A stretch of DNA of 64,000 bases from an uncultured Lachnospiraceae bacterium. Lineage in GTDB: Bacteria; Bacillota; Clostridia; Lachnospirales; Lachnospiraceae. The stretch lies in contig CANQSK010000002.1 of assembly GCA_947626475.1 (NCBI GenBank), forward strand, positions 5,115 to 69,114, given 5' to 3'. The first letter of the stretch is position 1. Every line of letters begins with the position of its first letter. Under the pieces are notes generated by a model. The model saw only the letters and a list, made by a program, of their open reading frames with translations, was not told where the DNA came from and ran no database searches. This document shows positions 18,734-27,800 of this stretch, piece after piece. The translations under genes were made by a program, and so were the position numbers.

Positions 18734-19558
18734 CTATTCATTTTTCGCTATCTTGATATCCACCCGTTTCACAGGAATCTCTATTCCCTCCCGGTCGTAA
18801 GCCAGCTTCAGATCCTCCAGAAGCTTCCATCTGGTAGGCCAGTAATCCGCCGTAGCCGTCCAGCTTCTCGCGCACAGCAGAACGCCGCTCTCCTCCAGCT
18901 CACTGACAAAGACCGTCCGCTCCTCGCTCTCCAGAACGCAGGGATGGTTCGTAATCAGATCAAGCAGTATCTCCTTGGCCTTTTTAATGTCCGACTCGTA
19001 GGAAATCTGCACCTTGATCTCCAGACGCCGCTTCTCCTGGGCCGTCACATTGGTCATATTGGAATTGGCCAGGGCGCCGTTGGGCAGAATCACATTCTTG
19101 CTGTCAATGGTGGACAGCGTCGTATAAAACAGCCCGATATCCATGACCGTCCCCTCGGCCTGTCCGCATACAATGTAATCCCCAAGCTTAAAGGGCTTTA
19201 AAACCAGAAGAATCACTCCCCCGGCGAAGTTGGCCAGAAAGTCCTGCATGGCCAGACCGATGGCCAGGCCCGCGGAGCCCAGAAGAGCCACAATAGATGC
19301 GGTGCTGACCCCCAGCTTCTCCAGCGCCACAAATACCGTGACGGCGCAGACGGCGGCATAAACCATGGACGCCAGAAAATTTCTCACCGACATATCCATA
19401 TGAGATTTGGAGAACGACCGGTTCATCATCTTCCGCAAAGACTTGGCTATCTGAAAACCGATAAGCAGCACGAGAACTGCCCGCAAAATACTCAGTCCCA
19501 GATTGATCAGTCCCGGCAGCGCGTTCTGAGTCGCCGCCGCAAATCCGCCATTTCCCAT
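18734..19558 (-). CDS. mscS: Small-conductance mechanosensitive channel
   Basis: ALLGSAGLAIGLAMQDFLANFAGG, KPFKLGDYI, IGLFYT and VILPNG motifs. Start 19558 (MGNGG, after GAGGGG) preferred to 19576. Confidence 0.9.
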   Translation of the reverse strand: MGNGGFAAATQNALPGLINLGLSILRAVLVLLIGFQIAKSLRKMMNRSFSKSHMDMSVRNFLASMVYAAVCAVTVFVALEKLGVSTASIVALLGSAGLAIGLAMQDFLANFAGGVILLVLKPFKLGDYIVCGQAEGTVMDIGLFYTTLSTIDSKNVILPNGALANSNMTNVTAQEKRRLEIKVQISYESDIKKAKEILLDLITNHPCVLESEERTVFVSELEESGVLLCARSWTATADYWPTRWKLLEDLKLAYDREGIEIPVKRVDIKIAKNE

Positions 19559-19560
19559 AT

Positions 19561-21420
19561 TTACCCCTCTCTCCATTTAAAAATATGAGTGCTGAAAGGC
19601 GCCACCCGAATCTCCACCGAATACGGACGTCCGTCCCGCTCAATCGGCTCTGAAACCACCGGATGGTCATTTACCGTTCCGCCGCCCCCAAATTCCCTGT
19701 CATCGCTGGACAAAAGCTCCTGCCAGCATCCGGCATAGGGCACTCCCGCCCAGTAGCTCTCGTGGGCCTCGGCCCCGAAATTACAGACAACCAGAAGCGT
19801 CTCCCGGAGAAGGCCGCTCTTTCTTAAGAACACAAGTATGTTGTCCTGACTGTTCAGGCAGTCTATCCACTCAAATCCGTCCGGATGGGAATCCAGACGG
19901 TACAATGCCGGCTGAGTCCTGTACAGACGGTTCAGCGCCTTGACGTAGGCCTGCATATTCCGGCCGGTATCCTGTCCCATAAAAAGAATCTTCCTGCCTG
20001 GATGCGTCATCCAGTAACCGTACGCCGCCCGCAGGTTGGCCTGCCGTTCTTCCTCTGCCGCCCCTGCCATACGGCTGACCAGAGGCTTTGCCCCGTTGTC
20101 CGCGTCGTCGTGGGTAAAGCCCACGATAAAGTCCTCGCTGTAAGCATACAGCATACTGTAAGTCACCTGACTGTAGCTGCGGCTGCGGGCCTGGGACCCG
20201 CACGCCATGTACCGGAGAAAATCGCTGCTCCAGCCCAGATTCCACTTGTAATCAAAACCCAGGGCCCCTTCCTTCAGATCTCCCGTCACCTGGGCCCACA
20301 TCTCCGACTCCTCGGCGATCAGAAGGGCTCCCTCCTCCTTTTTGTGGAAGACAGATGCCAGATGCTTCAGAAATTCCACCGCCTCAAGATTCTCATTGCC
20401 GCCGTACAGGTTGGGAACCCACTGTCCCGGCTGCTTGTCATAATCCAGATACAGCATCAGGGCCATGGATGTGACGCGGATCCCGTCCGCGTGAAACCTG
20501 TCCGCCCAGGACAGGGCGCTGGCGATCAGGAAATTGGATACCTGGGGCCGCCCGTAGTTGAAAAGAAGGGTTCCCCACCGGGGATTTTCTCCCTGCCGGA
20601 CGTCAAGATGCTCATACACGCAGGTCCCGTCGAACCGGGCCAGTCCTGCCTGATCTTTGGGGAAATGGGACGGCACCCAGTCAAGAATCACCCCGATTTC
20701 CCGGCTGTGCATATAATCGACGAAATACTGAAAATCCGCGGGCGTTCCGTAACGGCTGGTAGGCGCGAAATAACCGGTGGTCTGAAATCCCCAGGAGGCA
20801 TCCAGGGGATGTTCCATGACCGGCAGAAGCTCTACATGGGTATAGCCCATCTCCTTCACGTACCGAGCCAGCCCCTCCGCCAGCTCTCTGTAGCCGCGAA
20901 ATTCTGTCCCGCTCTCTTCAGCCTTTCCTCCCATCCAGGTGCCCAGATGCACTTCGTAGATGGAAATGGGACCGTCCCTGCGGTTTTTTTCGGCCCTTCT
21001 GCCGCACCAGTCTTTATCTGTCCAATCGTAGTGATCCGCGTCCCAGACAATGGACGCGTTGTTCGGACGGAGCTCCCCATAGGTGCCGTAGGGATCCGCT
21101 TTCAGCACCGTCTCCCCCGCTTCGGATTTCACCGCGTACTTGTAAAGGTCCCCCTGCTTCAGACCCGGAACAAACAGTTCGTAAACGCCGGAATCGCCCA
21201 GCTTCTTCATGGGATGGCTTTCCCTGCTCCACCGGTTAAAATCCCCTGCCACACAGACGCTCACTGCCCTGGGCGCCCACACGGCGAAATGAACGCCCTC
21301 AACTCCCTCGGACTCCGCCGGATGCGCCCCAAGCTTCCGGTAAATGTCATAACAGATTCCCGCGGAAAACGCCCGAAGCGTCTCCTCCGTAATCCACGGT
21401 CCAGCCGTCTCTCTCCCCAT
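19561..21420 (-). CDS. glgB: GlgB-like 1,4-alpha-glucan branching enzyme homologue with the catalytic nucleophile substituted (probable pseudoenzyme)
   Basis: CBM48 (GVHFAVWAP), SIYEVHLGTW, GYTHVELLPVMEHP, GVILDWVPSHF and IAEES are present, but region II reads DGIRVTSM instead of DG(I/L)RVDAV. Confidence 0.88.
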   Translation of the reverse strand: MGRETAGPWITEETLRAFSAGICYDIYRKLGAHPAESEGVEGVHFAVWAPRAVSVCVAGDFNRWSRESHPMKKLGDSGVYELFVPGLKQGDLYKYAVKSEAGETVLKADPYGTYGELRPNNASIVWDADHYDWTDKDWCGRRAEKNRRDGPISIYEVHLGTWMGGKAEESGTEFRGYRELAEGLARYVKEMGYTHVELLPVMEHPLDASWGFQTTGYFAPTSRYGTPADFQYFVDYMHSREIGVILDWVPSHFPKDQAGLARFDGTCVYEHLDVRQGENPRWGTLLFNYGRPQVSNFLIASALSWADRFHADGIRVTSMALMLYLDYDKQPGQWVPNLYGGNENLEAVEFLKHLASVFHKKEEGALLIAEESEMWAQVTGDLKEGALGFDYKWNLGWSSDFLRYMACGSQARSRSYSQVTYSMLYAYSEDFIVGFTHDDADNGAKPLVSRMAGAAEEERQANLRAAYGYWMTHPGRKILFMGQDTGRNMQAYVKALNRLYRTQPALYRLDSHPDGFEWIDCLNSQDNILVFLRKSGLLRETLLVVCNFGAEAHESYWAGVPYAGCWQELLSSDDREFGGGGTVNDHPVVSEPIERDGRPYSVEIRVAPFSTHIFKWREG

Positions 21421-21486
21421 ATTGACTCTCCCCCCGGCGGTTTTCAGCCGCTCTTTTTTTCAGTTTATCACGTTCCCCCGCAATAT

Positions 21487-22554
21487 TCAATGAAAACCGC
21501 GGTAATAAGCCAGCATCAAGTCTACCATCCGGCCGTAGCTTTGGATGCCGTCCTTCTGGCTGTTCATCTTCAGATAGACGTCGTTCATCTGATTGGATAC
21601 CTCCGCCACCTTCCCCTCAAACCGGTCCCAGAACGCGTTATTCGCCTGAAGATCCTCAATCGCCCTATCATCCAGCTGTTTCCTGAGCCGGCTGTACCGG
21701 TCAATATCCTGTCTGGCAAGGGCGTTGCCCGCGTAAACCCAGCCGGTCAGATAACCGCTGTACTGAAATGCCCTGTTTTCAGAACCGATACAGGCCAGAT
21801 AACCGATAAAATTTGCCTCATCCTCCCGCATAAACCCCCGCAGGTGGGACAGTTCGTGACAAATGGTGTGGGGAATGTTGTACGCCGTCATCTCCTGATT
21901 GTAGTTGGCCTCCACCGTAAATGGCGAGTAGATGCCGCTCAGCTGCTGAACCGACAGGATCCTGGACACCAGAAGCCCCTTGGCTCTGGGATAATATCCG
22001 GAAAGCTGGGGATAGCTGTCTCCCAGACCGGCCATAGCCTTTCGGCCTTCGACGGCCCAGAACGGCTCATACGGCGAGTTATCCACCGTCTCGTTCACTT
22101 TCCCCGTCAGATATTCACATAAATCGTACAGTTCATCCACCGAAGATTCCCGGACCTCCAGGTTCAGATAATCGGAAAACGGCCTGCGGTAATAGTTGAC
22201 GCCGCAGCATGCCGTATAAAGAAAGGCAAGAAGCCCTGTAAGAGCGATCACCATGGACGCGGCGGACGCAGGACGGTGAATATGGGACACAATGTACCAT
22301 ATCAGCCAGATTATTCCAATATACAGAGCAATTTCCACCACTGAGAACGGAAAAATTCCGCAAATTCTTCCGTAAACTCCCACAATTGCGGGATATATGT
22401 TTGAAGCGTACCATTCGCCGAAGCCGGGAAGCAGCCGGGCGGCCGCCTGCAGCGCTCCGGCAAAGCCAAGAAGCGCCAGACCGGCCAACAGCCGGTTCCT
22501 TGCTGCGCCGGTTTCCCTGACCGGTTTTTCCTCTGCTTTTTGTCCGTTCTTCAT
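21487..22554 (-). CDS. DUF3810-family membrane protein, putative zinc metallopeptidase
   Basis: N-terminal TM helices; GIYSPFTVEANYN, HTICHELSH (HExxH) and GFMREDEANF. Confidence 0.8.
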   Translation of the reverse strand: MKNGQKAEEKPVRETGAARNRLLAGLALLGFAGALQAAARLLPGFGEWYASNIYPAIVGVYGRICGIFPFSVVEIALYIGIIWLIWYIVSHIHRPASAASMVIALTGLLAFLYTACCGVNYYRRPFSDYLNLEVRESSVDELYDLCEYLTGKVNETVDNSPYEPFWAVEGRKAMAGLGDSYPQLSGYYPRAKGLLVSRILSVQQLSGIYSPFTVEANYNQEMTAYNIPHTICHELSHLRGFMREDEANFIGYLACIGSENRAFQYSGYLTGWVYAGNALARQDIDRYSRLRKQLDDRAIEDLQANNAFWDRFEGKVAEVSNQMNDVYLKMNSQKDGIQSYGRMVDLMLAYYRGFH

Positions 22555-22665
22555 TCCTGCTCCCCCTGCCTGTCCTGCTCCGATTCTCTTTTGGCGGCTG
22601 TAAAAAAGTATATCACAACCGCATCCCTCATATATAAATTTTTTCTTACCTTTTTCTAAAACCCC

Positions 22666-22694
22666 TTGCGGAAACGCTCCATCTCATTTACACT
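22666..22694 (+). promoter_or_regulatory. Putative promoter of signal peptidase I
   Basis: TTGCGG, 17-bp spacer, TACACT. Confidence 0.4.
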
Positions 22695-22730
22695 TATAGT
22701 CACGTGAAGGAAAGAAGGTCTTTAAAACAC

Positions 22731-23378
22731 ATGAAAAACGCCAACTCCCGCCGGGAGACCAAAGAGCCGGAGCAGCCGTTCAACTGGAAGAAGGAGCTTC
22801 TCAGCTGGATCCAGATCCTTGTAACTGCCGCCGTCATCGCTTTTATTCTGAATACATTTATCATCGCCAACAGCCGGATACCCAGCGCTTCCATGGAGAA
22901 TACCATTATGACCGGCGACCGGGTCATCGGCTCCCGCCTGTCCTACCGGTTCGGCCATCCTGACCGGGGCGACGTGGCGATTTTCATCTTCGGATATGCC
23001 TGCCGGGACTGCCATGCCCAGTATCAGGAAACCGACCAGGGCGTCTGCCCCAACTGCGGACGGAGTGACCGGCGCAACTCCATCGTCTACTACGTGAAGC
23101 GGGTCATCGGCCTTCCGGGAGACGTGATCGATATCCATGACGGCCACGTGTACCTGAACGGTTCTGAAGAGCCATACATCGAACCCTACCTGGCGGAAGA
23201 CATGGAAACTCCCTATCCCCTTCATTTTGAAGTCCCGGAGGGAAGCTATTTTATGATGGGAGACAATCGGAACTACTCTCTGGACGCCAGATTCTGGGAT
23301 AATCCCTACATCTCAGAAGATAAGATCCTCGCCAAGGTCCTGTTCCGCTACTTCCCCAGGATCAGCACGATAAAATAA
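22731..23378 (+). CDS. lepB: Signal peptidase I with a four-Cys insertion
   Basis: IPSASMENTI (catalytic Ser), YVKRVIGLPGD (catalytic Lys) and GDNRNYSLDARFW. ATG 22731 preferred to GTG 22704, which lies at the predicted transcription start. Confidence 0.9.
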   Translation: MKNANSRRETKEPEQPFNWKKELLSWIQILVTAAVIAFILNTFIIANSRIPSASMENTIMTGDRVIGSRLSYRFGHPDRGDVAIFIFGYACRDCHAQYQETDQGVCPNCGRSDRRNSIVYYVKRVIGLPGDVIDIHDGHVYLNGSEEPYIEPYLAEDMETPYPLHFEVPEGSYFMMGDNRNYSLDARFWDNPYISEDKILAKVLFRYFPRISTIK

Positions 23379-23382
23379 CATC

Positions 23383-23413
23383 AGGCCAGCCCGTTTCCCC
23401 GGACTGGCCTTTT
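23383..23413 (+). terminator. Intrinsic terminator between convergent lepB and MATE genes
   Basis: AGGCCAG-c-CC...GG-a-CTGGCCT stem followed by TTT. Confidence 0.6.
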
Positions 23414-23419
23414 CTCACA

Positions 23420-24748
23420 CTATCTCTTCTTTCCCGGTCTGGCATGAAAATAACAGGGAACCTCCACCATCAGCATAACGCTCCACCCGATGGCGCAGGC
23501 GAAAGGAATGCCGATGATCCCGTATCTGGGGGCCAGCAGATACACAAAGATCACCCGCAGGCTGGTCTGAATAAAGGTACACAGGAGAGTCATCTTCATA
23601 TTTTTCATGCCGCGGAAATATCCCTGCACGCCGTTGGTAAACGCGGGAAGCACATAGAAAAAGGCCATAACCGCCAGATAACGGCTGCCCAGCTCCACTA
23701 CTCCTTCATTGGCTCCCGTCACAAACAGCCGCATGATCGGCCGCCGCAGGAAATAGGCCGTTACGCAGATAAATACCCAGTAGCAGAACTCCAGAAAAAG
23801 TCCGTCGCGGAATCCCTGGCGGATCCGCTCATTCTTTCCGGCTCCGGAGTTCTGAGCCACAAATGTGGTGATGCCGCTGGCAATGCTCTGCTCCGGCGTA
23901 AAGGCGTAATCGTCCACCCGGGTCACCGCGTTAAAGGCCGCCATCACATCTACGCCCAGGGGATTTACCGCTCCCTGAATCAGAAGCTTCCCCACCGGCT
24001 GGCAGGACTGCTGAAGAGCCGTGACTCCGCCGTACTGCAGGGTCTGTCTCAGAAGTCCCCCGTCTATCTGAAATTCGGAAGGCTGCAGCTGCAGCTCCGG
24101 AATCCGGCGGTATACGTACAGAATACACAGAATCGCGGACAGGGCTTCCGCTATGACCGTAGTAGCGGCGGAGCAGATGATCCCCAGTCCCAGGCCTCCT
24201 ATGAGAATCACATCCAGAACGCCGTTTAATACCGAACAGAATGCCAGAAATTTCAGAGGAGTCTTGGAATCCCCTACGCTTTTCAGCGCCGATGACACCG
24301 CATTGTAAAAGAATGTAAAGGGGGCGCCCAGGAAAATGATCCGCAGGTATACTGTGGCGATATGGAGAATCTCATCCGGCACATACAGAACCTGCAGAAG
24401 CCTCTCTGTCACCAGAATCCCCAGAGCCACCACCACCAGGGAGAAATAGACTCCAAACACTGCCGTCGTCGCCAGTTCCTTTTTCAGCAGATCCATTTTC
24501 TTCGCGCCGAAAAAATTGCTCATAAGCACGGAGGAACCGATACAGATTCCGGAGATTCCCAAAATAATAATATTCATCACCGGCGAGCAAGTTCCCACTG
24601 CCGCAAGAGCTTCCTTTCCGATAAACCTGCCTACGATGATCGAGTCCACCGCGTTGTAGGTAAGCTGAAACAGACTGCCCAGCACCAGGGGAATGGAATA
24701 TGTAATCAGATGGCGGGGAATGTTCCCCGAAGTCATATCCTTTACCAT
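23420..24748 (-). CDS. MATE family efflux transporter
   Basis: YNAVDSIIVGRFIG..ALAAVG and GDSKTPL.FL motifs; about 12 hydrophobic segments; 442 aa. Confidence 0.9.
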   Translation of the reverse strand: MVKDMTSGNIPRHLITYSIPLVLGSLFQLTYNAVDSIIVGRFIGKEALAAVGTCSPVMNIIILGISGICIGSSVLMSNFFGAKKMDLLKKELATTAVFGVYFSLVVVALGILVTERLLQVLYVPDEILHIATVYLRIIFLGAPFTFFYNAVSSALKSVGDSKTPLKFLAFCSVLNGVLDVILIGGLGLGIICSAATTVIAEALSAILCILYVYRRIPELQLQPSEFQIDGGLLRQTLQYGGVTALQQSCQPVGKLLIQGAVNPLGVDVMAAFNAVTRVDDYAFTPEQSIASGITTFVAQNSGAGKNERIRQGFRDGLFLEFCYWVFICVTAYFLRRPIMRLFVTGANEGVVELGSRYLAVMAFFYVLPAFTNGVQGYFRGMKNMKMTLLCTFIQTSLRVIFVYLLAPRYGIIGIPFACAIGWSVMLMVEVPCYFHARPGKKR

Positions 24749-24808
24749 AACGATTGCCGGGCCGGCCCCCCGGGGAACCGGCCCCAGCCTTCTTTCTAAA
24801 ATTATATT

Positions 24809-27800
24809 CTAAGATTCAAAATCTTCCTTAATCACATCCCAGGCCGCTTCCACACTGTAATGCCGCCGGATAAAGTCCTGGGTTCTCCGGCTCATGGCCA
24901 GGCAGGCCTCCGGATCCCCGTAGATAGCCGCGGCCACCTCCGCAAAAGCTTCCGGCTGATCGGCAATGGCCATGACCTCCCCGGCCTCGGGAATGCCCTC
25001 GGCACCGATGGTTGTCGTTACAACGGCGGCTCCATGATACAGGGCCTCCACGATCTTTCCCTTCACGCCCGCGCCGTAGCGGAGAGGCACAACCACCATG
25101 CGGGTCGTATCATACAGCCTGACCAGTTCCTCCTCGCTGACGAATCCCTTGATGACGATCCCGCTGCCCGGCTGCTCCAGTTCTTTGATCTCATCGGTCA
25201 CCCTGGAGCCTGCCACATAAAAGTCCGGCGGGGTTTTGCCCTCCGCCTCCATGTTCCGGCGGATCAGCGGATAGACCTCCCTGGCGAACCAGAGTACCGC
25301 GTCCGCGTTGGGCGGATGAGCGAAGCCTCCTACAAACAGGAGGCCTTCCCTCTTCTCAAAGTCCTCCGGAATGTTTTCCCTGAAACGGTCGTAGACATAG
25401 GCCACAATATCCTTTACGGCGATCTTCTCATCTTCCGCGCTGACGGCCTCCTTCTCCACAAAGGAGGGATAGTAAGATATATCTGCCTTGTAGAACAGGG
25501 ACATCTCTATGGCCTTCCAGTACTCGGCGGAGCTTAAGCGCTCCTCGTCTTTCGTAAGCATATACTCCCTGCCCTCCCGCAGGAAATGCAGGTCGTGTCC
25601 GTAGTAAATGATCTTGCAGTCCGTATTCTCCCTCAGGAAATCGATATACTTGATCGCGATATGGGGCCTGTTCAGATAAGCTATGGCAATGTCCTTCCCG
25701 TGCTCCTTCAGCCAGTTCCAGATACCGGCCTCGTAGCCGGCGCCGGACAGGATCTCAATTCCCATCTGTTCCAGGACAGTGGAATAAGGCTCCTCGTGAG
25801 CAAAATTATCACCAAGGAATTTGACCACAAACCCTTTCTCCAAAAACATCTTCAGATACTGGAATGTCGTCTTGGACCCGGCATCCTTGTCGTAGGTAGG
25901 CACATAGTGGTCCACCACCAGGATGATCTTCTTTCCCATGCTCCGCTCTCTGGCACGGAAGGGATCCGGATTGCCCGTGTTTTCACACTGCTCCGCCAGC
26001 TGAACGGCCCATTTTTCCCTCAGCTTTTCAGAGTTTTCCACCTGATACCGCTTAAGGCCCTCTCCCTGAAGGTCGGTCCCGTTGGAGACGCCCTCATAGT
26101 GGATCACTTTGGACAGGGGCTGATACACTACCCGGTACCCGGCCTTTCTCACCTCGAAGGCCAGATCCGAATCCTCGCAGTAGGCGGGAGCATACCGCTC
26201 ATCAAAACCGCCGATCTGATCCCACAATTTTTTGGACAGCAGGATCGCCGCGCCGGAAATATAGTCCACATCTTTGACGTAATTGTATTCCGGTTTGTCC
26301 GGATCGTCCATGCGTCCGTAATTCCACCCGGATCCGTCGCTCCAGATGATGCCTCCGGCTTCCTGAAGCTTTCCGTCCGGATAGACCAGCTTAGAGCCCA
26401 CCATTCCAATGGAATCATCCGACTGAATCAGCCGCACCAGAGAACTGAGCCAGCCGTCCGTCACCTGAGTATCGTTATTCAGAAACATCAGATACCGGCC
26501 TCTGGCCTTCTCCGCCCCGTGATTGCAGTTCTTCAGAAAGCCCTGATTCGTCTCATTCCTACAGAGCACCACGCCCTGGGCATACCGGTCCAGATGCTCC
26601 GTAGCGTCTGTGGACACATCGTCGGCAATAATAACCTCATAGGACACATCCTGCGTGTGAGCCAGAATCGACGCCAGACACAGATAGGTATACCGGACCT
26701 GGTTGTACGCGGGAATGATGATGGACACCTCCGGGTTCTCCGCATAAGGAAACACCAGTTTCCCATGCTCACGGTACACATCTCCTATGGCAAAATCACC
26801 GTCTTTCAGGTTGCGCCCCTCCTCCGTCCGGTAGAATCGGAAAGAGCGGACAGGATGAAGCAGATATTCTTTTCTGTAATGGAGCCGCTTTCTTTCCAGG
26901 GAGCCCTTGGGATACCTGGCGTTGAATTTCTCTCCCAGCTTCCTGCGGACCTTGAAAACCAGAGCCTCATGGCCGTTCAGATACGTCAGCGTTTTGCCCA
27001 TCTCGTCAATCTCATGGCGCAGATCGCGAATCATCGCTTCCAGATTCGTCACATGATTGTCTGTGAGCCGTTTCACCTCCGTCATCTTCCGCATGACGGT
27101 GTCCTGCTCCTTAATCTGAAACTTCAGCCGTTCTTCTCTCTCTCTGGTCTGTTCCAGTTCACTGGCCACACGCCGGTACTCATCCTCCAGCTGGTCACAG
27201 TCCGCAAACAGCTTTGTATCCACCAAATAGTTCTTCAGATAAATCTTCTGATTTTCACCATGGACGTAATACTGGAAAGAAAGCTCCATCTCCTCATAAA
27301 TCTTCTGGGCCTGTGCGCTGATGCCAAAACGGACCAGCCACTGACCCAAAGAACCGTACTCCGTCAGCAGGCTCTTAAACTGCCGGTAAGCGTAAAAAAG
27401 GATCCGGTAACGGATAAACTCCACCGGAATAGGGAAGGAAAACACCCACTCATAGTCGAGGCAGTACATTCCGTCATCCGTCAGAAGTATATTTTCAAAC
27501 AGCAGGTCAATATTGGAGACACGGAAACAGGCCAGGGCTTCCCCCTCCTCCTTCATCTTCTCAAGGAGAGCCTCCATGGATTCCCGGCCGAATATCAAAG
27601 CGAAGGCCTCGCTGGCCGCAAAGGGAATCACCGCTTCCTCCTCCACTGCCAGCAGAAGATCAATGGTCTGCTGCATCAGCTCCGCAGGTTCCTTACCCGC
27701 GCGGATCTCCTCATCCAGCCTTCCCAGCAAAGACTTCCCCTGCAGATAGGGAAACCGGCAGCTCCCCGCATCTGAGCCAATCTGAGGATGAAGATAATTC

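Noticed and set aside
19561-21420. Calling glgB* (and likewise glgX*) a pseudogene
   Set aside because: Both have uninterrupted frames, SD sequences and tight coupling to neighbours; the changes concentrate at catalytic regions, which fits pseudoenzymes better than decay.
24759-24784. GC-rich hairpin between the giant glycosyltransferase and MATE genes
   Set aside because: No U-tract on either strand, so not called a terminator; it may be an mRNA stability element.
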